Assembly: GCA_965207365.1 (NCBI GenBank) | Contig: OZ242281.1 | Coordinates: 1,471,218-1,535,217, forward strand | Length of the DNA: 64,000 bases | Source: Dehalococcoidia bacterium | GTDB taxonomy: Bacteria; Chloroflexota; Dehalococcoidia; Bin125 | Reading direction: 5' to 3' | Part shown: positions 39,413 to 49,107 of the stretch, piece by piece | Position numbering within the stretch: the first letter of the stretch is position 1 | How the letters are laid out: every line of letters begins with the position of its first letter | Notes under the pieces: model-generated | Seen by the model: the letters and a program-made list of their open reading frames with translations, nothing else | Database searches by the model: none | What the model was told of the DNA's origin: nothing | Translations under genes and position numbers: made by a program

Positions 39413-40204
39413 ATGGGCAGACTCATGGATCTCGGACTCAGCGGCAAGGTGGCGATTGTGACGGGCGGCTCAGAAGGCATCGGCCGGGCGACGGCAATCC
39501 TGTTGGCGTCGGAGGGCGCGTCGGTGGTGATTGGCGCTCGACGTCAGGGGCCGCTCGACGATGCGGCGGATGCGATCAAGGCGAACGGCGGCGAGTGCCT
39601 GGCGTTGTCGACCGACGTCACCTCGGACGACGACTGTGAGCGCCTGGTCGCGGCGACGATCGAACGCTTCGGTGGCGTCGACATCCTGATCAACAACGCG
39701 GGCCAATCATCGTCGGGTCTGATCGAGTCGCACGACATTGAGACCTGGGCGGTCGACCTTGATCTGAAACTTTATGGCGGGATCCGGCTGGCCAAGCTTT
39801 GCATTCCCTCGATGCGTGAGCGAGGCGGCGGGCGGATCGTCAATCTGCTCAACATTGGCTGCAAAACGCCCGGCGCGGGCTCGATGCCGACCGCAGCCTC
39901 GCGCGCGGCCGGTCTGGCGATGACCAAGGCGCTGAGCAAGGAAGTGGCCGAAGATCAGATTCTCGTCAACGCGGCCTGTATTGGCTCGGTCGACTCGGCC
40001 CAGTGGCACGGATTCCACCAGGCGCAGAGGCCCGACGCAACCTACGAGGAGTTCCTCGACAGCGTCGGCGAGCGCATCCCGGTCAAACGGATCGGCACGT
40101 CGGAGGAGGCGGCGAACATGATCGTCTTCCTATCCTCAAACGCAGCGAGCTTCATCTCGGGCTGCGCCATCAACATCGACGGCGGGGCATCGCCGGCCTG
40201 GTAG
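39413..40204 (+). CDS. SDR-family oxidoreductase
   Basis: TGGSEGIGRA Rossmann motif and Y-x3-K catalytic motif. Confidence 0.85.
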   Translation: MGRLMDLGLSGKVAIVTGGSEGIGRATAILLASEGASVVIGARRQGPLDDAADAIKANGGECLALSTDVTSDDDCERLVAATIERFGGVDILINNAGQSSSGLIESHDIETWAVDLDLKLYGGIRLAKLCIPSMRERGGGRIVNLLNIGCKTPGAGSMPTAASRAAGLAMTKALSKEVAEDQILVNAACIGSVDSAQWHGFHQAQRPDATYEEFLDSVGERIPVKRIGTSEEAANMIVFLSSNAASFISGCAINIDGGASPAW

Positions 40205-40206
40205 AG

Positions 40207-40377
40207 ACTGATACATAACTCCCCTTCTCCCCCCTTGCGGGGGAGATGCCGAAGGCAGAGGGGGGTTCCCTGCCTGTTGGCCCTATCTGGTCGTCGCCAG
40301 CCGCCCCCCCTCTGTCACTCTGTGACATCTCCCTCCGCAAGGGGGGGAGAGGGGAATTGGAGGATATGCATCAGTCT
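40207..40377. repeat. MITE-like element, family A copy flanked by 9-bp direct repeat ctggtagag
   Basis: Terminal inverted repeats agactgatacat / atgcatcagtct. Direct repeats at 40198-40206 and 40378-40386. Confidence 0.8.
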
Positions 40378-40434
40378 CTGGTAGAGGGACATCTGGTTGA
40401 ATGGTCTCTTGAACGCGCCTGCCAAGACTCTGAG

Positions 40435-40612
40435 AATCTCCCCTTCTCCCCCCTTGCGGGGGAGATGCCGAAAGCCTGCCCCTGGCCTGAACAGGGGGCA
40501 GAGGGGGGTCCTCTGTTCGGGATCCCTATCTGGTCTTTGCCAGCCGCCCCCCCTCTGTCACTCCGTGACATCTCCCCCCGCAAGGGGGGGAGAGGGGAAT
40601 CGCTCGCTATGC
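40435..40612. repeat. MITE-like element, family A copy (divergent interior)
   Basis: Same terminal modules as family A with a variant centre. Confidence 0.75.
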
Positions 40613-40620
40613 GCAAACTC

Positions 40621-41600
40621 CTAGCGGGAGGGACAAAGGAGCAGCGCTCGCCATTCATCTTCGGATTGGCTGGTCTGCAAACGAAGGCCGCAGGTCGCAA
40701 ACGTTGCCGCCACCTCGTCCTGCCGGGTTGCGATGAGTCCGCTGGCGATCAGCTTGCCCTCTGGCTTGAGCACGCTTGCCAGGTCCTTTGCCAGGTACTG
40801 GAGGATGTCCGCTGTCAGGTTGGCGGTGATGAGATCGAACTGTTTGTTGGCTGGAATCGAACCTTCGCGGACTTCTACTTGCTCCGAGAGTTGATTCTGC
40901 CGCACCGTCTGGCGCGCTGCGTTGACGGCGAGGGGATCGATGTCGGTCGCAAGCACCGAGGCCGCGCCGAGCGTTGCCGCGGCGACACCGAGGATGCCGC
41001 TGCCAGTTCCGACATCCAGTACATGCTCACCGCCGTTGATCTGTTCGGCGAGGAGCTGTAGGCAGAGCCTTGTGGACTGGTGCTGTCCGGTTCCGAAGGC
41101 GAGTCCGGGGACGAGGTCGATCATGACTTCGCCTGGTTTCGCATCATGTGTGATGTGCGGAGGACGGATGATGATGGTTCGCGGTCCGGGAATGCGGACG
41201 AGGTTGAAGTGGTCGTGCCAGGCGGTGCGCCAATCTCGGTTGGGCAATTGTTTCACGTGAAACAACTGTTCTGCCAATGACAGACTGGCAGCAGCGGCGT
41301 GAGCGGTCGATTCGAGTCGTTTCCAGTGATCGGCGTTGAGGTAGGCGACGACCTCGGCGCGGCCGCCTTGCGTCGGGCGATTGTCGTGACCGGGCCAGGG
41401 CTCCTCTGTCGGCTCGTCGAGCTGGTACTCGACGCTGGAGTTGAACACGCCGACCAACTCCCAGGCGGCGATTGCCTGCTCAACCTCTGTGGAGTTGACG
41501 CTGATCGCGACTCGGAGCAGCTTCGGGGACCGACTAACCCGGCTAATTGGTGAACGCTCCACGGATGCGCGAGAACACGCCGTCCTCATCGCCGCCTCGG
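40621..41600 (-). CDS. prmA: ribosomal protein L11 methyltransferase PrmA (start uncertain)
   Basis: AFGTGQHQST ... VLDVGTGSGIL ... ATDIDPLAV motifs. No canonical start codon lies between the dnaJ stop and the conserved N-terminus; the first in-frame ATG (41600) overlaps dnaJ by 58 nt. Confidence 0.7.
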
Positions 41601-42667
41601 TTGGCAGGCTCGTCAAGCAGTTCGGCGAGTTGCTCGAAGAGTTGACGCTGCTCGGAGCTGAGCTTGTCCGGGATTTCGACGTGTACCTGTACCCGCATGT
41701 CGCCGCGACCTCGTCCTCGCAGATGAGGGACGCCCTCTCCGCGCAAGCGGAACTCGTTGCCGTGCTGTGTGGCGGCAGGAATGTTGAGCGGCTGGTCGTG
41801 GCCGTTGATGCCCGGGATGTTGACGGTCGCGCCAAGCGCGGCCTGGGCCACGTTGAGTCGGAGCGGCAAGATCAGGTCATTGCCGTCGCGCAGGAAGAGT
41901 TCGTGTGGTCGGACGTTGATATCGACATAGAGATTGCCGGACGGTCCGCCGCGCAGTCCGGCGTCGCCTTCCCCCGAGAGTCGCATCTGGGCGCCGTCGG
42001 TGACGCCGGCGGGGATTTTCACCTTGAGCCGTCGGTTGCGCTGCTCGCGACCAATGCCGCCGCAGGATTTGCAGGGATGCTCGATCACAGCGCCCTCGCC
42101 CTCGCAGGGCTCGCATGGGGCGACGTTGACGAAGCGTCCGAAGACATTGCTCTGGGTGCGGCGAATCTCGCCGGAGCCGCCGCAGACCGTGCAGGCGACG
42201 CGTTGTGTGCCGGGCTCGCCGCCGGAGCCGCCGCAAATGGTGCAGTGCTCGAGCCGCGAGGCGCGAATCTCTTCCTCGCAGCCGAAGACGGCTTCCTCGA
42301 AGTCCAGCTCGATCTGGATGCGCAGGTCGCCGCCGCGGATCGGGCCGGCGGCGCGGCGTCCGCCGAAGAAGGCGTCGAAGATGTCGCCGAAGCCGCCGAA
42401 GTCGAAGCCCTCGAAACCAGTCCCCTGGGCAAAGGCGCCGACCGAGCCGTACTGGTCGTACTTGGCCTTCTTCTCCGTGTCGGAGAGCACCTCGTAAGCG
42501 GCGGCGATGCGCTTGAATTTGGCCTCGGAGGCCTCCTTCTGCGCCGGGTCGGTCACACGGTCGGGGTGATGCTCCATCGCCAGCTTGCGGAAGGATCGCC
42601 GGATGTCATCCTGCGAAGCCTCGCGCGACAGGCCAAGGATCTCGTAGAAGTCGTCAGATTGAGCCAT
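41543..42667 (-). CDS. dnaJ: molecular chaperone DnaJ
   Basis: J domain (YEILGLSREASQDDIRRSFRKLAMEHHPDR), G/F region and four CxxCxGxG zinc motifs. Confidence 0.9.
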   Translation of the reverse strand: MAQSDDFYEILGLSREASQDDIRRSFRKLAMEHHPDRVTDPAQKEASEAKFKRIAAAYEVLSDTEKKAKYDQYGSVGAFAQGTGFEGFDFGGFGDIFDAFFGGRRAAGPIRGGDLRIQIELDFEEAVFGCEEEIRASRLEHCTICGGSGGEPGTQRVACTVCGGSGEIRRTQSNVFGRFVNVAPCEPCEGEGAVIEHPCKSCGGIGREQRNRRLKVKIPAGVTDGAQMRLSGEGDAGLRGGPSGNLYVDINVRPHELFLRDGNDLILPLRLNVAQAALGATVNIPGINGHDQPLNIPAATQHGNEFRLRGEGVPHLRGRGRGDMRVQVHVEIPDKLSSEQRQLFEQLAELLDEPANRGGDEDGVFSRIRGAFTN

Positions 42668-42791
42668 AGGGCAGTTTCGGTCGTGGGCGTGTTCGGGGTA
42701 GTGGGCGTGGTGCTATCGGTAGGTTATCGCGGATTCGCGCCAGTCGATACGCTCCAATGTGGAGGAGTAATCTGAGGCGGCGAGCAGTGAT

Positions 42792-43493
42792 ATGGTGACG
42801 AACCGACTAAGCAAGGCCGAGGCGCTGACCCTACTGCGTCAGCATATGCCCGAGTTGGAGCGGCGATTCGGCATCTCGGAGTTGGCACTGTTTGGCTCGA
42901 CAGCCCGTGACGAGGCAACAGCGGAGAGCGACGTCGACATTCTCGTCAGCTTTGAAGGAGACATGTCCTATCGGACGCTGTCGAAGGCCGAGACGTACCT
43001 ACGGGAATTGCTCGGACGACCGGTGGACTTGGTAGAGCGACGCTTGTTGCGCGAGGAGTATCGGCCCTGGGTCGAGGCAGATGAGATCGATCCACTGAAT
43101 CCGAGGACATCCGTGTCGAAACCAACACGCCCGAAACGATGGGACGTCTACGTCCAGGACATGATCGAGGCAGCTCTGAAGGCTCTCAGGTACACGGATG
43201 GACTTGAGTTGGATGACTACCTGGCCAGCACCGAAAAGCAGGACGCAACAAACCTCAACATGATGCAGATTGGGGAATCGGCGGGAAAGATCCCAGAGCC
43301 AGTCCGAGAGGCGCACCCCGAGATCAATTGGGGCGAGGCGATGGGGCTACGCAACAGAATCGTGCACGCCTATCCAACCATCGACGACGAAAAGATCTGG
43401 ACCATTGTCAAGGACTTCGTGCCTCCGCTCATCCCAAAGCTGACAGCGCTGCTGGCCGAAGCGCAGGCGGAGGCGCAGGAGTCGGGGAAGTAG
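42792..43493 (+). CDS. single-chain MNT-HEPN protein (nucleotidyltransferase domain fused to HepT/DUF86-like HEPN domain)
   Basis: N-terminus carries the nucleotidyltransferase motif LFGSTARDEATAESDVDILV. C-terminus has the Rx4HxY HEPN motif (RNRIVHAY) and an IGESAGKI block. Continuous 233-aa ORF. Confidence 0.65.
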   Translation: MVTNRLSKAEALTLLRQHMPELERRFGISELALFGSTARDEATAESDVDILVSFEGDMSYRTLSKAETYLRELLGRPVDLVERRLLREEYRPWVEADEIDPLNPRTSVSKPTRPKRWDVYVQDMIEAALKALRYTDGLELDDYLASTEKQDATNLNMMQIGESAGKIPEPVREAHPEINWGEAMGLRNRIVHAYPTIDDEKIWTIVKDFVPPLIPKLTALLAEAQAEAQESGK

Positions 43494-43591
43494 CCGTGCA
43501 CCGTGAGATGCACGGCAGGCGCAGTGAGTCTGACGCTGTTCATGCCGTCAAGTACCGCTGAGTCGTTCAAGTCGAGATACCCGCGTCAAGC

Positions 43592-43753
43592 GGAGGCCTT
43601 TGCGTAAGTCCGATTCCGGTCCCTCTCCCCGCGGGAGAGGGTTAGGGTGAGGCCGGAGGGCAGGCGACAAGTGGTCACTACCAGATAGCGACTCAAGCCC
43701 GACCCTCACCCCAGCCCTCTCCCAAAGGGAGAGGGAGTTCTTTTGAAGGTCTC
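43592..43753. repeat. MITE-like element, family B copy 2, flanked by 9-bp direct repeat cgtcaagcg
   Basis: Direct repeats at 43583-43591 and 43754-43762. Imperfect terminal inverted repeat gaggcctttg / caaaggtctc. Confidence 0.7.
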
Positions 43754-43813
43754 CGTCAAGCGTGGCTATGACTTGATGTCGGTGTGTCGACCCGCCGACT
43801 CCGGCGTTGACAG

Positions 43814-45706
43814 CTAGACCTCGCGGAATTCTCCTTCTACGGTGTCGTCGTCGGGAGGCGGCGCTGCTCCTCCGGCGCCGGCGGCGGCTCCGGCCGGTTC
43901 TTGCTGGCCGTAGATTTTTTCTCCGACTTTCATCAGCGTGGTGTTGAGGTCGTCGAGGGCTGACTGGATGGGAGCGACGTCGTCCGACTCGAGCGCGGCT
44001 CGGAGGGCTTCGATCTTGCCCTGCATCTCGGCCTTGAGTTCCTCGTCCAGCTTGTCTTCCTGATCGCTGAGGACTTTCTCCGCCTCGTAGGCAGTGGTTT
44101 CGGCTCGGTTGCGGACCTCGGCGAGTTCTCGCAGGCGCTGGTCTTCTTCGGCGTGCTCCTCGGCGTCGCGCTGCATGGCGGCGATCTCGTCGTCGGAGAG
44201 GCCGGAGGAACCCTGGATCGTGATCCGTTGCTCCTTGCCGGTGCCCTTGTCCTGGGCGCCGACGTTGAGGATGCCGTTCGCGTCGATGTCGAAGGTGACC
44301 TCGACCTGGGGCATGCCGCGCGGCGCGGGCAGGATGCCGTCGAGGATGAACTTGCCCAACGACTTGTTGCCACCGGCCATCTCGCGTTCGCCCTGGAGCA
44401 CATGAATCTCGACCTGCGACTGGTTGTCGGCGGCGGTCGAGAAGACCTGCGACTTGGAGGTCGGGATGGTGGTGTTGCGCGGGATCAGCGGAGTCGAGAC
44501 GCCGCCCAGGGTCTCGATGCCGAGGGTCAACGGCGTGACGTCAAGCAGGAGAACGTCCTTGACTTCGCCGCGCAGGACGCCGGCTTGAATCGCTGCGCCG
44601 AGGGCGACAACTTCGTCCGGGTTGACGCCGCGGTGCGGCTCCTTGCCGAAGAACTGCTCCACCTTCTGCTGGACCAACGGCATCCGCGTCTGGCCACCGA
44701 CGAGGACGATCTCGTCGACCTGGTCGCGGGTGATGCCGGCGTCGTCGAGCGCGTTGCGGCAGGGCTCGAGGGTGCCATCGACGAGGTCGAGGACGAGCTG
44801 CTCGAGCTGCGCCCGCGTCAGCGTGTGGGTGAAGTGCTTCGGACCGGAGGCATCAGCGGTGATGTAGGGCAGGTTGATCTCGGTCGATTGGGTCGTGGAG
44901 AGTTCGACCTTGGCGCGCTCGGCGGCTTCCTTGAGGCGCTGCAGGGCCATGCGGTCCTGCGAGAGGTCTATTGCCTGCTCCTTGCGGAAGGCGTCGACGA
45001 GGTAGTCCATCAGGCGCTGATCGAGGTCGTCGCCGCCGAGGAAGGTGTTGCCGTTGGTCGAGCGGACCTGGAACGTGCCTTCGCCGAGTTCGAGGATTGA
45101 GATATCGAAGGTGCCGCCACCGAGGTCGTAAACGGCGATGTAATGGTCTTCGGTCTTTTCCAGTCCATACGCCAGCGAGGCGGCGGTGGGCTCGTTGATG
45201 ATGCGCAGCACGTTGAGTCCGGCAATCCGGCCGGCGTCCTTGGTGGCGTTGCGCTGGGAGTCGTCGAAGTAGGCCGGGACCGTGATCACGGCTTCGTTGA
45301 CGGTCTCGCCGAGGTAGGACTCGGCGTCAGCCTTGAGCTTTTGCAGGACCATCGCCGCGATCTCGGGCGGCGAGTACGGGTTGTCACCCATTCGCACGCG
45401 AGCGTCGCGGTTTTCGGCACCGTCGACCACGTAGGGCAGCCGGCTGACAGCGCCCTGCACGTTCGGATCGTCGAAGCGGCGACCCATGAGTCGCTTGACC
45501 GAGAACAGGGTGTCTTCAGGATTGGTGACCGCCTGGCGTTTGGCGGCAGTGCCGACGATGCGCTCGCCGGTCTTGGTCAGCGCAACGACTGACGGCGTAG
45601 TGCGGTTGCCTTCGGCGTTGGGAATGACAGTCGGCTCGCCGCCTTCCATGACGGCGACGGCGGAGTTGGTCGTGCCGAGGTCGATGCCAATGACTCGTCC
45701 GGGCAT
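43814..45706 (-). CDS. dnaK: molecular chaperone DnaK (Hsp70)
   Basis: [18 protein letters not shown] and the other Hsp70 signatures. AGGAGA Shine-Dalgarno before the ATG at 45706. Confidence 0.95.
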   Translation of the reverse strand: MPGRVIGIDLGTTNSAVAVMEGGEPTVIPNAEGNRTTPSVVALTKTGERIVGTAAKRQAVTNPEDTLFSVKRLMGRRFDDPNVQGAVSRLPYVVDGAENRDARVRMGDNPYSPPEIAAMVLQKLKADAESYLGETVNEAVITVPAYFDDSQRNATKDAGRIAGLNVLRIINEPTAASLAYGLEKTEDHYIAVYDLGGGTFDISILELGEGTFQVRSTNGNTFLGGDDLDQRLMDYLVDAFRKEQAIDLSQDRMALQRLKEAAERAKVELSTTQSTEINLPYITADASGPKHFTHTLTRAQLEQLVLDLVDGTLEPCRNALDDAGITRDQVDEIVLVGGQTRMPLVQQKVEQFFGKEPHRGVNPDEVVALGAAIQAGVLRGEVKDVLLLDVTPLTLGIETLGGVSTPLIPRNTTIPTSKSQVFSTAADNQSQVEIHVLQGEREMAGGNKSLGKFILDGILPAPRGMPQVEVTFDIDANGILNVGAQDKGTGKEQRITIQGSSGLSDDEIAAMQRDAEEHAEEDQRLRELAEVRNRAETTAYEAEKVLSDQEDKLDEELKAEMQGKIEALRAALESDDVAPIQSALDDLNTTLMKVGEKIYGQQEPAGAAAGAGGAAPPPDDDTVEGEFREV

Positions 45707-45716
45707 GGGAATTCTC

Positions 45717-46355
45717 CTACTCGGTTGCTTCGTCTGATTCGTCTGGTATGGCTGTTGAATCGTCGTCTGGGTCAGGTGGTTCAATCGATCCGTCGCCGAC
45801 CATGACCTGGGTCGCCCGCAGCACGCGAGAGCCAATGGTGTAGCCGGTGCGCAACACGGCGACGATTTCGTTGTGTTGACCGGGCAGTTGGCCGACCGCT
45901 TCGTGGAAGTCGGGATCAAAGGCCTGATCGACGGTGTCGATCTGCTTGACCTGCTGCCTCATCAACAGCGCGCTCAGCTTCTGTCGCATCAGCTCAATGC
46001 CCTGACGCCAGGGATCGTCCTGATTGGACTCGTCGCCGGTCGACTCGCGGCTGGGCGACTCGCGGTTGGCTCGCTCGAAATCGTCGGCAAGGTCGAGCAG
46101 ATCGTGCAGGATCGCTCGCTGCGACTGCTGAACGCGGTCGCGCACGTCCTGGGCGGATCGGCGCTTGAGGTTCTCGAAGTCGGCCTGCGCGCGTTGCCAG
46201 CCTGCATAGTTGCGGGCCGACTCCACGCGCAACGCCTCTAGTTCATTGGCCGGTTCGGCGACGAAGTCGGTGGACGATTCTGGTTCGGGTTCCGACTCAA
46301 CGACTTCATCGATCTGCTGACCCGCCTCATCGGCTGGCTGACTGTCTGGGATCAT
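45717..46355 (-). CDS. grpE: nucleotide exchange factor GrpE
   Basis: GrpE coiled-coil and C-terminal beta domain. ATGA overlap with the hrcA stop. Confidence 0.9.
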   Translation of the reverse strand: MIPDSQPADEAGQQIDEVVESEPEPESSTDFVAEPANELEALRVESARNYAGWQRAQADFENLKRRSAQDVRDRVQQSQRAILHDLLDLADDFERANRESPSRESTGDESNQDDPWRQGIELMRQKLSALLMRQQVKQIDTVDQAFDPDFHEAVGQLPGQHNEIVAVLRTGYTIGSRVLRATQVMVGDGSIEPPDPDDDSTAIPDESDEATE

Positions 46356-47461
46356 CGGCTGGCTCCATAGACGGCGTCGATCATCTCCTGGAGGAGTTGG
46401 GAGTAGAAGCGCGCAGCGGCGATGCTGCGCGGGTAGTTCATGCGGGTTGGCCCGATGATCCCGACGTAGCCGGGGATCTCGGGGGCGTCTTCGGGAAGCA
46501 AGGACGAGCCGTAGGGGGCGAGGACCAGTGAGCATTCCTGCAATAGCTCGGTGGGATGATCGTCGCCGATCAGCACGTGCATGGCGCCGCGCAGGTCACC
46601 TTGCTGGGCAACGTCTTCAATCACAGCAGCCGGAATCAGGTCTTCGGCGGCTTGATGGTCTACGAGTTCGATCAGCTCCAGCGAGCGCATCGGCTCGTGC
46701 TGGAACTCTGGCTGAGCCATCATCCCGCCGAGACCGGCGATCGAAGGCACTCCGGCGCGGAGCGCGTCTCTATCGAGCACCTGGGCCAACGTGTCGAGCA
46801 CGAAGTGTTCGACGGGGTGCGTATCTGGAGCGTCAATGGCCTGTCTCGCTGCCTGGCGGACATCAGGAGCGGACTGGCCGCGCAACATCCAGGAGAGCTT
46901 GGTGGCGAGGTCATCGAGTTCATCGACCTCGATCGGCTGCGGCAGCGGCATGAGCTGACGAATCATCCGCGCTTCCTGGACCACGACGATCATCAGGACG
47001 AGCAACTCGTTCAGCGAGATCAGTTCCAGTTGGCGGACGCGCAACCGCTCAGGATGCGGCGGAGCGACAATGACAAGTAGCCCTAGTGATCGGGCGAGCA
47101 CCGTGGCAGCCAGTTCGACCCATTCGTCGACGGCCGGAGCGGCCTGGAAGAACTGGTGGCGAACCGAGGCTTGCTCGGCCATGCCCAGTTCGGCGTGACC
47201 CATCAGCGACTGGACGAAATGCCGGTAGCCGCGATTGGAAGGAACGCGGCCGGCGGAGGTGTGTGGATGAGTCAGATAGCCCTCTTGCTCAAGCGCGTGC
47301 ATTTCGTGGCGTATCGTTGCGGGCGACGCCGGCAAGGCGTACTTTTCGACGACGTGACGCGACGCCACGGGCGTAGCGGTCTCGATGTAGTCCTGGATCA
47401 CGAGCTGGAGAATGCCAGCACGCCGATCACTGAGACTGTCGGTATGTCGTTCGGAAGACAT
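46352..47461 (-). CDS. hrcA: heat-inducible transcription repressor HrcA
   Basis: N-terminal winged helix-turn-helix (ILQLVIQDYIETATPVASRHV) and the HrcA C-terminal domain. Confidence 0.85.
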   Translation of the reverse strand: MSSERHTDSLSDRRAGILQLVIQDYIETATPVASRHVVEKYALPASPATIRHEMHALEQEGYLTHPHTSAGRVPSNRGYRHFVQSLMGHAELGMAEQASVRHQFFQAAPAVDEWVELAATVLARSLGLLVIVAPPHPERLRVRQLELISLNELLVLMIVVVQEARMIRQLMPLPQPIEVDELDDLATKLSWMLRGQSAPDVRQAARQAIDAPDTHPVEHFVLDTLAQVLDRDALRAGVPSIAGLGGMMAQPEFQHEPMRSLELIELVDHQAAEDLIPAAVIEDVAQQGDLRGAMHVLIGDDHPTELLQECSLVLAPYGSSLLPEDAPEIPGYVGIIGPTRMNYPRSIAAARFYSQLLQEMIDAVYGASR

Positions 47462-47561
47462 CGCTCGCGTCGAGTCCCGTTCCTGCAATCATGGCCTGCG
47501 ATCATGGCCAGCGGTCATGCCCGGCGGCCAAGGCTGGCGAGGTTGCTGTCGTAAGCTGTGT

Positions 47562-47588
47562 TTGGCACTCTCTTACAGAGAGTGCTAA
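47562..47588 (-). promoter_or_regulatory. CIRCE operator (TTGGCACTC-N9-GAGTGCTAA), HrcA binding site
   Basis: Perfect 9-bp inverted repeat with a 9-nt spacer. One mismatch to the consensus TTAGCACTC-N9-GAGTGCTAA. Lies about 100 nt upstream of the hrcA start. Confidence 0.8.
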
Positions 47589-47597
47589 CGCCGTGAT

Positions 47598-47626
47598 CGT
47601 AGCAGCGTTCGCTGGAATCGGCAAAG
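47598..47626 (-). promoter_or_regulatory. putative sigma-70-type promoter of the hrcA operon (TTGCCG-N17-TACGAT on - strand)
   Basis: -35-like and -10-like hexamers with 17-nt spacing, immediately upstream of CIRCE. Confidence 0.35.
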
Positions 47627-47712
47627 GAATCATGGCCTGGACGGCGTGTTGCAGGACACGCCAAGCGGTCGTCAACTAGCTGAGTTCGTCGGGACGGAGA
47701 GGGAGTTGCACC

Positions 47713-48972
47713 ATGGTCAGCGGAGGTGTCAGCGGAGGGTTGAATCGAGGGGTCACGTCTGACGACGCTGACGAGCGCCGGCGCGTTGTGGTCACCGGGG
47801 TCGGCGCGGTATCGGCGGCCGGGTTGACCACGGCCGACTACTGGTCGGCACTCAGTGAGGGACGAGTCTGCACGTCGCCGTTAACGGCGTTCGAGGCTCC
47901 GCGCGCCGCGGCGGCCGGTCAAGTGGACGAGTCGTGGCGCGGGCCGTCTGGGGCGCCGGACTGGTTGCTGGAGCGGATGGACCGAGCCTCGCAGCTTGCC
48001 CTGGACGCAGCGATTCAGGCACAGACCGATGCGAGAATCGAGTTTAATCAGCAGAACGCATTCGTTGTTGGAGCTGTGACCGGGATGGCGCACCCCAGCA
48101 TCGGCGATGGCTGGGCAGCGCTGGGTTCGGGCCTGTCGGGCGCGTCGCTGGGTCTGAATATCGCAGGTCCCGTGTTCACGGTGTCGATGGGCGGCGCGTC
48201 AGGGTTGGCCTCGGTGGTGCTGGCGACGCAATTGATTCGCTCTGGCGTCGTGCGGGCAGTGTTGGCGATTGGCGCCGATGCGCCGTTGCGCGAAGACGTT
48301 TGGCAATCCTACGAATCGTCGGGCTTGCTCGACCAGACTGACGACCCCAACGCGCAGCGCCCGTTCGACGCGAATCGCCAGGGCATGATCCTTGGTGAAG
48401 GGGCTGGAGCGTTGATGTTGGAAGACCGCCAACTCGCCGCGCAACGTGGCGTCCACATTTACGCGGAGATCGGCGGCGAGGCAATGACCTCAGGCCCGAT
48501 GGGTGACGGGCAGGCGCCGACAGACGTTGAGGTCGCGCGACGGGCGATGGGGGATGCGATGTTGGGCGGCGAGATTTCGCCGTCAGATATCGACGTCGTC
48601 GTGGCGGCAGGCGCGGGCTCCAAGCTGGGTGACGAGCGCGAAACGGACATCGTCGAGCGCGCATTTGGACGTCGCACGCTGGATATGTATGCAGCGACAG
48701 TGAGTCCAAATGTCGGCTACACCGCCGGTGCGTCGGGCGCCCTATCGGCGGTGGCAGCAGCGATGATCGTCGATCTGCGCCAAGTACCTCCTCACGCGAC
48801 ATTCCAGGAGCAAGACATCGCCTGCAAACTGGGCTTCGTCCCGAAGTTGTACGAGGACCGGATCGTCGGAGCCGCGACGGCAGCCTACGGAGCACACGGT
48901 CAGAACGCGGCGCTGGTACTGATGCCCCATGTTCCTGAGGCCGGGGACGAACTGCCGGTGATGGTCAACTGA
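47713..48972 (+). CDS. beta-ketoacyl synthase-fold protein lacking the Cys-His-His catalytic triad (KAS pseudo-enzyme / CLF-like)
   Basis: Aligns by eye to FabF throughout, but Cys is replaced by Gly (VSMGGASG), the first His by Ala (VAAGAGSKLGD) and the second His by Tyr (GYTAGASG). Good GGAGAGGGAG Shine-Dalgarno. Confidence 0.7.
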   Translation: MVSGGVSGGLNRGVTSDDADERRRVVVTGVGAVSAAGLTTADYWSALSEGRVCTSPLTAFEAPRAAAAGQVDESWRGPSGAPDWLLERMDRASQLALDAAIQAQTDARIEFNQQNAFVVGAVTGMAHPSIGDGWAALGSGLSGASLGLNIAGPVFTVSMGGASGLASVVLATQLIRSGVVRAVLAIGADAPLREDVWQSYESSGLLDQTDDPNAQRPFDANRQGMILGEGAGALMLEDRQLAAQRGVHIYAEIGGEAMTSGPMGDGQAPTDVEVARRAMGDAMLGGEISPSDIDVVVAAGAGSKLGDERETDIVERAFGRRTLDMYAATVSPNVGYTAGASGALSAVAAAMIVDLRQVPPHATFQEQDIACKLGFVPKLYEDRIVGAATAAYGAHGQNAALVLMPHVPEAGDELPVMVN

Positions 48973-49107
48973 TGACTGCGCGAAACGCGGACGACGGTTG
49001 GCGCCCCCTCTAACGAGCAGAGCGCGTTGCCGGGCGCGAAGTGGGAATAGGATTAGCTACCGTAAGGGACGAGAAAGGACGAGCAGAACATTGCTGAGGA
49101 AGGCGTC

